Origin: a virus
Taxonomy: Duplodnaviria; Caudoviricetes
Virus record (IMG/VR): IMGVR_UViG_3300029288_000164
Span: 6,754-70,753 of that record
DNA length: 64,000 nt
Direction: 5' to 3' (one strand)
The position numbers and the translations under genes were made by a program. This document shows, piece after piece, positions 9,050 to 18,032 of this stretch. The notes under the pieces were generated by a model, which was not told where the DNA came from, ran no database searches, and saw nothing but the letters and a program-made list of their open reading frames with translations. Each line of letters starts with the position of its first letter. Position 1 is the stretch's first letter.

Positions 9050-9525
9050 ATGGCAAACGGCGACAAAGTTCTAGACATTTCTGAACGTGCTGCAACATTA
9101 AAAAAGCTGGGTTTAGTACCGCAGTTACGTTACTAATTCTCCTACTTTCTTCCCCCGGCTTTTATTCTTTCTTCCTTGACTCTACAAGCGAAGAAGCACG
9201 AATTGAAGCAATAAAGGCTCAAGCGGCATCCGATATTTCATACACATTACTAAAGGCAAAATCAGAAAGTCTTGAAGGACAAGTAGCAACTCTTCGTGGT
9301 GATGTTAAAGAGTTATCAACCTTCATTCGGGAAATGGCCATACAACAAGCCCAAGTCAACGCAGGACAGCGTTTAGGTGGAAGACGGGTCACAGCAGCCA
9401 ATGCCCCAGAACCGCCCTTAATGCCTGTTGTAGAGTCTTTAAAGAAGTCAGCGCCTCTTCCTGCCGATTTGGACCCATTAGTTCAGCTTCAAGTTAAAGA
9501 GACTTTGGAAGAGCAGCCTCTTTAA
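9050..9525 (+). CDS. Single-pass membrane / coiled-coil protein requiring a -1 frameshift at 9100-9106
   Basis: GGAGGA RBS and ATG 9050 give only 28 aa; the -1 frame is open from 9085 to 9525 and encodes a TM helix plus coiled coil; the junction reads TTA AAA AAG. Confidence 0.6.
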
Positions 9526-10592
9526 TGTTCTAGCAAGTCGCAAACGTATTCCAACCGTGATTCCCTCAACAATTCCTTAACCGTCTTCTCAGGATTTTTC
9601 CTCAATTGAAAAAGGATTCCTGAATATGGCAAATGTTTGACAGCTAATGCGTAATCTTTTTGAGCAATAATGGGTGAATATTTAGCGAATACATTAGCAA
9701 TCTCGTTGACAAGATTTTCGTACTTTTCCTTAACCTCTTCGTACTCTTTGGTGAATTCGGGAAAGTAGGAAAGAAATTCCGATCCTGCATTAAGTTGTAC
9801 TAACTCGATTATTCGTTTATGGCTGAACCCATCTTTCATATGTGCGATTGCCAAATACTGCGGTGACTTAATCTTTATACGATTGAACTCTTGATCTACA
9901 ACAACTACCCCTTCATTTGCTAATGGATTGAAATCTTTGACAAAATCAACAATCTCATCAAAAGTTTGCAGAGGGTAGGATTTTGCACATTCCCAGCCAT
10001 ACTCTTTAGCAATAGGTTCGGGAATCAGTTCGCAAAGTGTTTGGAGATCTCTTGCCCCATGTAGGACAATTCTTGACTCATTGTACACACAGACTATCCG
10101 ATTCAGCGGAGTAATCATTTCAAACATATAGCAAATATTGGTATTTGTTGGTAATTTATATCCAAGCTTTTCCCAGGTATCCCAAAATAACTTTGCGAAT
10201 GTTATTCCCGAATTATTTACCTCACCGGCAGCATCGGGTTTGCCGGAAGAGGAAATTTGCCAAGCATTATCATAGTAATGAAGAGTCATCAAACTCCCAT
10301 CTAATTTTTCCATTACCTTGGCAGTTGACCAATCAATTTCAGCAGCAAGGCCTTCGTGGGCATTCCAGAATTTTAGATAGGGGAACGATACAATATTCCA
10401 ATTCTTGCTTTCATCAAGAATAAGTCCACGGCATTCTTGAGAAATTCGTTCATTCATTGGGGTATCGATCCAATACTTAAAGAGAATAAGGTTGGGGTAC
10501 TTTCCATGACGGGTACATTTTATATTGTACTCTGATGTTAAGTCTTCCGGAGTCTTACCCGACCGAAGATATTTTTGGATAGCGAGTTCCAC
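9522..10592 (-). CDS. ATP-dependent RNA ligase, T4 Rnl1-like
   Basis: ECRGLIL...PYLKFWN, motif I EKLDGS, FEMI, EGVVV, IKIK. Confidence 0.92.
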   Translation of the reverse strand: MELAIQKYLRSGKTPEDLTSEYNIKCTRHGKYPNLILFKYWIDTPMNERISQECRGLILDESKNWNIVSFPYLKFWNAHEGLAAEIDWSTAKVMEKLDGSLMTLHYYDNAWQISSSGKPDAAGEVNNSGITFAKLFWDTWEKLGYKLPTNTNICYMFEMITPLNRIVCVYNESRIVLHGARDLQTLCELIPEPIAKEYGWECAKSYPLQTFDEIVDFVKDFNPLANEGVVVVDQEFNRIKIKSPQYLAIAHMKDGFSHKRIIELVQLNAGSEFLSYFPEFTKEYEEVKEKYENLVNEIANVFAKYSPIIAQKDYALAVKHLPYSGILFQLRKNPEKTVKELLRESRLEYVCDLLEH

Positions 10593-10594
10593 AG

Positions 10595-11800
10595 TTATCC
10601 CTTAATGGAAGCAATCGGATGAAGAGTCTTAATAATTCGAACAAGATCCTTTTGGTTGTTCATAACGACTTCGATATCCTTGTAAGCTCCGGGGGCCTCA
10701 TCCAGCTTGTCCTTATTTGTCATTCCATGAACAATACCTTCCATCTTTTTCTTCTCGCCCTCAAGGTCCAGTGTTCTAATAGCTTCCTTCCTGCCCATTC
10801 GTCTACCTGCCCCGTGTGAGCAAGACATGAAACTTTCTGGATTTCCTAGACCCTGAACAACATAGCTAGCTGTTCCCATAGATCCTGGGATAAGACCTGT
10901 AGTCTTCTCTGTTGCCTTGGTCGCACCCTTTCGATGAACCATTACGTTCTTTCCATAGTGATTTTCCATCTCTGCGTAATTGTGATGAATGTTTACCTGT
11001 TCTCCTAGTTCAATTCCAGAAAAACCATCATATTTTTTAACCATGTTCAAAACAACAGAAATACATTCTTGCATCATTCTTTGCCTATTTTCAGCGGCAA
11101 AATCTAGGGCCAAATTCATCCAATCCAAGTACTCCAAACCTTCCTTAGAGTCTGTAGGAAGGAAGCTAAGTCCCAAAGACGAATCAACAGAAGAATACCA
11201 ATACTCATTCAAGTTTTTAGCAATCTTTGTAAAATAATCACAAACCTTTTTGCCAAAGTTTCTGCTTCCTGAGTGCAAAAGAATACAAAGGTTATTTGTA
11301 TCGTCTTTACATAGCTCTACGAAGTGATTACCGCCGCCGAGTGTTCCGACCTGGAAATACCCACGCTCAATCTCGTTTAGAAGATCTCCTGAAAGATGTC
11401 CGTACTTTTCCAATGCAATATCCAAAGCAGCGCAGGGTTGCTTTGTTTTATGGTGCTCAAAACCGACTGGAACATTTCTCTTGATGTTTCCAAGAATACC
11501 TTTGATGAGTGGCCCAACAGTTCCAGTATCCTTGTACAAAAGATCAACAGGAATGTTTGTTGGTTGAAAAGCAACGCCACATCCAATATCGACGCCAACG
11601 GCACAAGGTAACACAACCCCCTCAGTTGCCACAATACTCCCGATTGGCACACCGAAACCAAAATGGGCATCTGGGGCAAGAACGACCCACTTATAAACAA
11701 AAGGAAGATTGGCCATATTCTTTGCCTGCTCTAATGCAGAATCTTCCAAATCGTCTAGCCACATCTTGATCGGCACTCGTTCTGTATTTACTACTTTCAT
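10595..11800 (-). CDS. rtcB: RtcB RNA 2',3'-cyclic phosphate / 5'-OH ligase
   Basis: PDAH, GVDIGCG, GTLGGGNHF, HSGSR, HHN, HRKGA, PGSMG, SHGAGR and DEAPGAYK are all present. Confidence 0.97.
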   Translation of the reverse strand: MKVVNTERVPIKMWLDDLEDSALEQAKNMANLPFVYKWVVLAPDAHFGFGVPIGSIVATEGVVLPCAVGVDIGCGVAFQPTNIPVDLLYKDTGTVGPLIKGILGNIKRNVPVGFEHHKTKQPCAALDIALEKYGHLSGDLLNEIERGYFQVGTLGGGNHFVELCKDDTNNLCILLHSGSRNFGKKVCDYFTKIAKNLNEYWYSSVDSSLGLSFLPTDSKEGLEYLDWMNLALDFAAENRQRMMQECISVVLNMVKKYDGFSGIELGEQVNIHHNYAEMENHYGKNVMVHRKGATKATEKTTGLIPGSMGTASYVVQGLGNPESFMSCSHGAGRRMGRKEAIRTLDLEGEKKKMEGIVHGMTNKDKLDEAPGAYKDIEVVMNNQKDLVRIIKTLHPIASIKG

Positions 11801-11853
11801 TTTTACAAACCTTTCGTATAATGTGATATACTAGTTCTCAAAAGGAGCAACCA

Positions 11854-12108
11854 ATGAAATATCTACTTCCTATTCTTTTTTTAATGGTTCTTTCTTGCCA
11901 GGAAGAATGTAAGTCGGGTGAGGACCGTTGTCAAGCTGATAACGTTCAGATTTGTAATTCGGAAGGCGATTGGTACACCGTTTTGGATTGTACCACTGTC
12001 ACGCCGGATTTGTGGGAATGCTGTGTAACTGGTGTAGAATATGAGACTATTGTGATGGCCGACTGCGTTCCGCTTGACAGTTGCGAAATTGATGGAGGTG
12101 TAGAATGA
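11854..12108 (+). CDS. Cys-rich lipoprotein
   Basis: MKYLLPILFLMVLSC lipobox; 8 Cys in the mature part; AAGGAG RBS. Confidence 0.7.
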   Translation: MKYLLPILFLMVLSCQEECKSGEDRCQADNVQICNSEGDWYTVLDCTTVTPDLWECCVTGVEYETIVMADCVPLDSCEIDGGVE

Positions 12109-12671
12109 ATCGTGCAAAGATTAGAGTGCATACAGAAGAATTGATAAGCATTAAAAACAAACTGGAAAAACGCTTCAACGTAAAAATTACCTCAAATAAA
12201 AATGAAGGAGAAATCGAAGCTGTTGCATCAATTCTAGATTTAATCGGTGTAAAGAACAAGGAAGAATTTCTGAAGGAAGTTGCTATTACCATTTATCGGC
12301 ATATCTATTTACCGTTTACTGTAGGAGAGCTGTCCGTAGATCCGCTAAAACAGCTCGAAATTATTGCCCATGAATTAGAACACGTTTTACAGTGGGAAAA
12401 AGACCCTCTGGCTTTTGGGATTAATTATCTGACTAAGCCAGAAAAACGTGCCGAAATGGAAACCAAAGCGCTCGGGGCAAATATGGAATGGGTTTGGAGA
12501 ACAACTGGCAAACTTTATGACGTGAAGTTGCTGAGTCAACATTTACGCTGGTACCGGATTTCCAGTAAGGACATAAAAGTCTCCGAAAAACATTTAGCAA
12601 TCCTGGCTAATATTCTCAAGCAAGGCGGGAATTACAGCATACCTGTTGAAGCCATTATGCAATTGATCTAG
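12105..12671 (+). CDS. Putative zincin metallopeptidase-domain protein
   Basis: IIAHELEHVLQW (HExxH) with a downstream AE; GGAGGT RBS. Confidence 0.6.
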   Translation: MNRAKIRVHTEELISIKNKLEKRFNVKITSNKNEGEIEAVASILDLIGVKNKEEFLKEVAITIYRHIYLPFTVGELSVDPLKQLEIIAHELEHVLQWEKDPLAFGINYLTKPEKRAEMETKALGANMEWVWRTTGKLYDVKLLSQHLRWYRISSKDIKVSEKHLAILANILKQGGNYSIPVEAIMQLI

Positions 12672-12714
12672 TCCTTCCTTAGCAAAAAATTTCAAAATTC
12701 TTTTGTCCTGCCCC

Positions 12715-12742
12715 TTGACACCGGGGAAATTGTGCTTATATT
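12715..12742 (+). promoter_or_regulatory. Sigma70-type promoter TTGACA-N16-TATATT
   Basis: Hexamers read directly; 5' flank CCTGCCCC is identical to the promoter at 2402-2429. Confidence 0.75.
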
Positions 12743-12764
12743 GCTAGGTAGGAGGACAGAGAAA

Positions 12765-13436
12765 ATGACAACGATTCACCACGCAAGTTTGAACCCCCGT
12801 TATTCGATGTTTGGTGTTTCTCTGTGCTCCATTAAGGAAGGCCAGAATACGACCACGGATAAGGAGAAGGTAACTTGCCTTCGTTGTGCCAAGATCCTGG
12901 GAATCACCCCGGCAGCGAAGCCCGAGTCGAAGAACGTTACTGGAACCTGCGCGTGCTGCTTCTCTAACCAGAAGACGCAAACCAAGACGGCCAGTTCCTC
13001 TGGGACGATGTTTCACCACGGTTATCAGAGGCCAGGTAACGGCTACATCGAAGGAGCTTGCCCCGGCCATGACTTCCTTCCTTACGAGAAGTCTTGTGAA
13101 GGCACCAAGTACATGCTGGAGCGTGCCAAGTCCGCTCTGGAGAACACGATTGCCCACATTGAGCACCTGAAGACGACGGATAAGGTTACTACGTATGTCG
13201 TCACAGGCCATGAAGGTGTTTTTGGTAAGAGGGTTGAGAAGGGCGTTTTCGTCACGCTGGTCAAGGGTGAGGCTCCGGTTACTGTTGAGCGGCCCCGGTA
13301 CTGCCCCTCTTCGATTACCCTGACTTTTGAGGAAGTTCGCGACGAGCAACTTTCTGAACAGGAAACTCGCAAGAGCCACATCGAATATGACATCAAGTTT
13401 TACGAGAAGAAAATTGCCGAGTGGAAGGAGAACTAA
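12765..13436 (+). CDS. Zn-binding hypothetical phage protein
   Basis: VTCLRC, GTCACC, HHGYQRPG..GAC motifs; GGAGG RBS; GC-richer codon use than neighbours. Confidence 0.7.
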   Translation: MTTIHHASLNPRYSMFGVSLCSIKEGQNTTTDKEKVTCLRCAKILGITPAAKPESKNVTGTCACCFSNQKTQTKTASSSGTMFHHGYQRPGNGYIEGACPGHDFLPYEKSCEGTKYMLERAKSALENTIAHIEHLKTTDKVTTYVVTGHEGVFGKRVEKGVFVTLVKGEAPVTVERPRYCPSSITLTFEEVRDEQLSEQETRKSHIEYDIKFYEKKIAEWKEN

Positions 13437-13437
13437 A

Positions 13438-13725
13438 ATGTCCCAAATTCTAAGAGCACATGAACTACGAGCCAAGTTGGAGGAAGGAATCAACCACAGG
13501 AGCGCCCAACGTAATGGGGGTTGCCTATCCCATGAGAATTTCCAGTGGGACATGGAGACGTGGAGGCAGCGTTTCCGGGTAGAGGGCCTTTACTCCGCTC
13601 TTTCCATGATTGTTGAACCTCTTCTTGCTGTTGCTGATATGTCTGCCGATGAGGACACAAACAAGATGCTCACCGCCCTTTATGCCAAAATTCAGGATGA
13701 TCTTCTGAGTGGGAAGATTGGGTAA
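13438..13725 (+). CDS. Hypothetical protein
   Basis: AAGGAG RBS and ATG at 13438. Confidence 0.6.
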   Translation: MSQILRAHELRAKLEEGINHRSAQRNGGCLSHENFQWDMETWRQRFRVEGLYSALSMIVEPLLAVADMSADEDTNKMLTALYAKIQDDLLSGKIG

Positions 13726-13736
13726 GGAGAACTAAA

Positions 13737-13967
13737 ATGGGAACCGCACTAGATTTCGTAATGGATATGGATGAAGCAACATGTCACCAGATCATCAAGG
13801 AGTACCACCAGTTTGAAGAAGAGGGTTCTATTGGTGACTGTATTCTTCGTGAAAAAGGAGAGGAGTTCGCAACATCTCTTGGTGCCCCAAACGGTCCCTA
13901 CATCATCACATGGATGGGCGAACTTTACAAAAATTGTTTGCTGAGATTTTACAGAAAGAATTACTAA
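13737..13967 (+). CDS. Hypothetical protein
   Basis: AAGGAG RBS; 76 aa. Confidence 0.6.
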   Translation: MGTALDFVMDMDEATCHQIIKEYHQFEEEGSIGDCILREKGEEFATSLGAPNGPYIITWMGELYKNCLLRFYRKNY

Positions 13968-13974
13968 TAGTTAC

Positions 13975-14047
13975 GGACCTGTAGCTCAAGTAGAAGAGTC
14001 CCGAACTTTTAATTCGGTGGTTCCGCGTGCAAGTCGCGGCAGGTTCA
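13975..14047 (+). tRNA. tRNA-Lys, anticodon UUU, CCA not encoded
   Basis: Acceptor GGACCTG/CAGGTTC, D stem GCTC/GAGT, anticodon arm CCGAA-CT TTT AA-TTCGG, T arm CCGCG-TGCAAGT-CGCGG, discriminator A followed by CAA. Confidence 0.9.
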
Positions 14048-14075
14048 CAAAAGTTAATATATACAAGGAGTTACA

Positions 14076-14798
14076 ATGACAGACCACGAAAAAATCCTCG
14101 ACAAGATCCGTAAGCTAAAATCATTAGCCAATCCCGACAATAATACCAGCGAACACGAAATCGCTAGTGCTTTGGAAATCGCTCGCAAATTGATGCTTGA
14201 ACACGGGATCAATGAAGCTGAAGCTACGGTGCAACTTCAGGACAATGAGCCTGGAAATGGGGTTGACACAGTTATTGAAACAAAGAATAGACAAATTTGG
14301 ATCTCTATCCTTGCAGCAGCAATGGATACTTATTTCGACTGCAAACACTTTTTGAGAACTGGCGGGAAAAGGAATCTTTCATTCTGTTTTTATGGCCCCA
14401 AAGATCAGGCAGAAATCGCCAGCTATTGTTTCTCATCTGTTTACAACCAAGTCTGGAACCTTAGCAATGCATACAAGCCCTCTGGTGTCGTTTTCTACAG
14501 CCCCAGAGACTTCTCCCGTATCGCCAAGAGGGAATATCGGGAAGGGCTGTCAAACGGCCTCCTAGAGCGTTGTAGGGCTATCAAGGAAGAAGAGCAACGA
14601 TCTGCTAATGCTTCCAAAATAACTGCGCTAGCTATTCGTTCTGACAAGGTAGCTGACGAGTGGTTAGCGAAGCATGTTGGAAAGCTTCGCACTATGCCCT
14701 CAAGTTCTAAACGATCAACTCTTGGTGGTGGGGATTTTGCTAATGGTATGCGTGATTCGGAACGGCTAACATTGGCTAAGGCAGCGTTAAAGGCCTAG
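14076..14798 (+). CDS. DUF2786-domain protein
   Basis: N-terminal EKILDKIRKLKSLA...EHEIASALEIARKLMLEHGI. Confidence 0.8.
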   Translation: MTDHEKILDKIRKLKSLANPDNNTSEHEIASALEIARKLMLEHGINEAEATVQLQDNEPGNGVDTVIETKNRQIWISILAAAMDTYFDCKHFLRTGGKRNLSFCFYGPKDQAEIASYCFSSVYNQVWNLSNAYKPSGVVFYSPRDFSRIAKREYREGLSNGLLERCRAIKEEEQRSANASKITALAIRSDKVADEWLAKHVGKLRTMPSSSKRSTLGGGDFANGMRDSERLTLAKAALKA

Positions 14799-15154
14799 TT
14801 AATCAACAGCACCTCTTCGATCTGCTCGCCTTCAACTAATTCTCCATCATTCTCAAAGTAATATTTGTCAAGTCCTTCTTTGCTAATAATTACGGAAATT
14901 TTACCAATGTTGGGAACCCGGAACTCGTGGAATTTTTCTGAAACCACAACTTCCAAATCTTCTGGAAAAAGGTTGAGCAGGGTTTGTAGTTCAGAAACTA
15001 TCATGGAACCATTATACGAGAGTTCAGTAGATCTTCTAATTCTTTAAGTAGAGCAAAAGTATCTTCAAGTCTGCCAACAGTAAGATGTTTGCAATCACCT
15101 GCGTAAATACCTTCAACAGCTTCGTACATCAAGTCACGAATTGTTTGTACTAAC

Positions 15155-15532
15155 TTAATCTCTTTCTGCATAGGCTTCCCGTTTTCTTTTTCCCCGGCCC
15201 CAATTGCTCAACCTTCTTTTTCTAAGAGTTACAATATCCGCTTGAGTAAATCCCGGCATTGGGGTATTTTCTGGAGTATAAGCACTTTCCGATTGCTTAA
15301 GGAAGTCTACAGCATGTTGGGGTGGATCTGGAGGAATGACGCAATCACGGCAAACGAATTGTTGTTTATACCAAGTCAATCTACCCTTTTTGCCACAGCC
15401 GGGAGTTTGGCAAAGGCCTCGGTACGTTTTTTCAATCATTTTGGTAAGCCCAGTTGTGGCTGTGTCCATACCTTTGCTTGGCTCTGAATTGCTTGATAGC
15501 AAATCGATCAACTGCTTTACGAACCTCAACAA
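15155..15532 (-). CDS. Zn-finger hypothetical protein (tandem paralog)
   Basis: GLCQTPGC...VCRDC; start uncertain. Confidence 0.55.
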   Translation of the reverse strand: MLRFVKQLIDLLSSNSEPSKGMDTATTGLTKMIEKTYRGLCQTPGCGKKGRLTWYKQQFVCRDCVIPPDPPQHAVDFLKQSESAYTPENTPMPGFTQADIVTLRKRRLSNWGRGKRKREAYAERD

Positions 15533-15740
15533 TGTCTCCGTATTCTAAACTAGGTAGTGGGACATTTTCTGGTAGATTGGCGTTTTCTTGTTGAAACAGA
15601 TAAGTAGTAGCGTCTTGTTCTTTATATTGTGGATTCAAACAAGTTGGGCAAAGATACTTTCCTTTATAACGATTGAGCTTTCCTACTTGATGACACCCTT
15701 CGTTTTCACATAAACCTTTTTTGATTACTTGCTGTCGCAC
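15432..15740 (-). CDS. Zn-finger hypothetical protein (tandem paralog)
   Basis: GLCENEGC...LCPTC. Confidence 0.6.
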   Translation of the reverse strand: MRQQVIKKGLCENEGCHQVGKLNRYKGKYLCPTCLNPQYKEQDATTYLFQQENANLPENVPLPSLEYGDIVEVRKAVDRFAIKQFRAKQRYGHSHNWAYQND

Positions 15741-16186
15741 GAAATTTCTTCTTTCTTTAATTCAGCCAAATCTTCTTCGGTTAATCCTTCATTTTTTGCC
15801 CATGTGTCTAACTTTGTTTGGGAATTAACAATTTCTCGCACAGCTTTGAAAATATCCTTCTTTACATTTTTGATACCGCGCTTTGCTTTGTTGCGCTGTT
15901 TACGTTCTTCACGTTCGATGTTAGTTTTGATCCTCATTGTCTACTATTTTCCCAAGGATAGACAACGATTTCTTCACCTAGCTTGATGTCTTTGATTTTC
16001 TTGAGATCAGAAAGTCTTACGTAAAGCGAAGTGCCTTTTAGCTTTTGTCCACGATCTTCACGTAGGATTATTCCGTCTTCTGGTGCTGCTTCGGTGGCAT
16101 GGGAAAAGAAATCCAAGGAACGATTGATACTGTCGCCCTTTTTCACACGTCTGATGAAAATGGGATTAACAGGGGCTTTCAAAATT

Positions 16187-16621
16187 TCAGACATTGTGAA
16201 AAGCCTTCCTAAATTGGGCTTCTGGAACGAATTCGAAATCGTCGAAAATCTGAACAATGTAAGTATCGCTTTTTAGGACCTCTAGCGTGCCCGTAGAGGT
16301 CCGATAGGTACATGGGTCACCTTCGTACTTGATTGCCTTGAAACTTCCCTTGTGTCTATAGGTACGCTCGTTCCCTGGGCCTTCCGGACCATTAGGAACT
16401 TCCTCATACATATTGTGGAATTGTGACGGCTCGTAGTAGTTCCTGGTCTTTCCCTCTCTGACAACGTAGCCAATCCCCGTAAACTGAACTTGCCCGCTGA
16501 AATTGTCACAAACAACGGCTTCTCCCGGTGCAGTTGGGCGAGCATCAACAGTTCCGCACTTCTTGACTTCAAAAGCATTCCCAAATAGTTCCTTCAAGTC
16601 TTCCTTAGATTTACGGATCAT
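16187..16621 (-). CDS. Hypothetical protein
   Basis: 144-aa ORF in a tightly packed minus-strand operon. Confidence 0.6.
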   Translation of the reverse strand: MIRKSKEDLKELFGNAFEVKKCGTVDARPTAPGEAVVCDNFSGQVQFTGIGYVVREGKTRNYYEPSQFHNMYEEVPNGPEGPGNERTYRHKGSFKAIKYEGDPCTYRTSTGTLEVLKSDTYIVQIFDDFEFVPEAQFRKAFHNV

Positions 16622-17196
16622 TATTTCTTACCTTTCTTGGTCTTCTTGGTGGGCTTCTTTGAAACCTTCTTCTTTGGTTTTGCCTTGGGTTTCGATTTGT
16701 AAGTCTTATTACAATCCGAACAAGGACAACCATCATAAGGGTCTGGGGCAAAAAGATTTTGTGAATGCAGGATATTTTCTATTTCAACAGGAGAAAGGCG
16801 TGGATGCATCAGTATCAGTTCTTCCCACTCTTCTTTACTTATTTCCCTCCATTTTTCAGACTTTGGGCTTGGCACAGGCAGTATCATACCATTCTGCGTA
16901 ATAATATCTTCTACCTGTTCATATGTCAAATGTGGGTTAGCATCTACCAACTCTTGAAATTCTTTCTGCGACAATCTTGTCAGTTCTTCGCAAGGGTCAT
17001 AATCCTCACAAGGCTCAACATCACCACTTTCCTCAATCACCCAGTAACAAGTGGCAATCCTGTCCCGTGTTTCGTTCAGCCTGCGTTGTCCATCAGAAAG
17101 CTGTGACTTGATCTCCTTTTCCTGCACTTTAAGTTGCTGAATCAAATCAGTAATTGTTTTTCTAGTCCTGACCGTCATTTGAATTCCTTTCTGCAT
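16621..17196 (-). CDS. Hypothetical protein with coiled coil and Lys-rich tail
   Basis: N-terminal coiled coil, two short internal repeats, CPCSDC, KPKAKPKKKVSKK. Confidence 0.6.
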   Translation of the reverse strand: MQKGIQMTVRTRKTITDLIQQLKVQEKEIKSQLSDGQRRLNETRDRIATCYWVIEESGDVEPCEDYDPCEELTRLSQKEFQELVDANPHLTYEQVEDIITQNGMILPVPSPKSEKWREISKEEWEELILMHPRLSPVEIENILHSQNLFAPDPYDGCPCSDCNKTYKSKPKAKPKKKVSKKPTKKTKKGKK

Positions 17197-17530
17197 ATGG
17201 TGTACTTTCCAAAAACTCTATCAACTCCGATGTTTCCTTAATCAGTTGAATAGTTTCCCGCAAATCGGAAATTTTGATATGGAATTCGCAACCATCGCCA
17301 ATTCCCCCTTGTAAAGCGAGTTTGGCTGTACCTGCGGAAAGATGCGCGATAAGGACTTCGCGGAACATTTGGAGAATTCCTACACTGTGGTACTCTCCTG
17401 CCTCAAGATAGTTTATCAATTCTGCGTAAGTAAAGCCTTCGATTTCCGACTTTACGCCGTTCTCATCAAAAATCTCTTTCTTTTCAAAGTTTAGAATACC
17501 CTGAAGATAATCTAGCTTTTTTTGATCCAT
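17162..17530 (-). CDS. Hypothetical protein
   Basis: GGAGG RBS; follows the promoter at 17566-17593. Confidence 0.6.
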   Translation of the reverse strand: MDQKKLDYLQGILNFEKKEIFDENGVKSEIEGFTYAELINYLEAGEYHSVGILQMFREVLIAHLSAGTAKLALQGGIGDGCEFHIKISDLRETIQLIKETSELIEFLESTPYAERNSNDGQD

Positions 17531-17565
17531 GTTTCCTCCACAGAGAAGATACGATACTTGGCAAC

Positions 17566-17593
17566 AATGTAAGGCTTAGTTTTAGGAAGTCAA
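17566..17593 (-). promoter_or_regulatory. Sigma70-type promoter TTGACT-N16-TACATT
   Basis: Hexamers read directly; C-rich 5' flank like the other copies. Confidence 0.6.
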
Positions 17594-17603
17594 GGGGGTA
17601 GGA

Positions 17604-18032
17604 CTAAATTTCCCGGCGACGTGAGGACAAGAGGTGCTGATCCCATGTTTCGTACATCTCATCTTCGTCGTTAAACGATTCAACATTTACCGCGCCATTC
17701 CTGCGATCTGTGCTGAGAATCACACCAAAATCGCTATGGAGATAGTGGGCAACAGAGCCTACATGGATTTCTGCCTCTGGGGTTTCCTGGCTAAGTGCTT
17801 CTACCAGTCGTTGGGTTTCCTCGTCATCGTAGTCAAACCCTCCCGTATCCTCTTCATAGCTTTCGTCATCGGCTACTTTATCGAATACGCCACTAGTGCC
17901 AATTCCATATGCTCTTGCTTCAGGCGGCACTTCTCTAACATGTGCAGCAATTCTCGAAAATGAATCGTCTGTCACGCCCGTGTAAAGATTGTTAAAATCT
18001 GGAAAATCTGGTCTAAGTTTAATGTTGGCCAT
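17604..18032 (-). CDS. Acidic hypothetical protein with DDSFSRIA motif
   Basis: Very D/E-rich; AAGG RBS. Confidence 0.65.
   Translation of the reverse strand: MANIKLRPDFPDFNNLYTGVTDDSFSRIAAHVREVPPEARAYGIGTSGVFDKVADDESYEEDTGGFDYDDEETQRLVEALSQETPEAEIHVGSVAHYLHSDFGVILSTDRRNGAVNVESFNDEDEMYETWDQHLLSSRRREI

Noticed and set aside
12744-13553. 269-aa minus-strand ORF
   Set aside because: Antisense shadow of a GC3-rich plus-strand gene that has a promoter and RBS; the translation is not protein-like.
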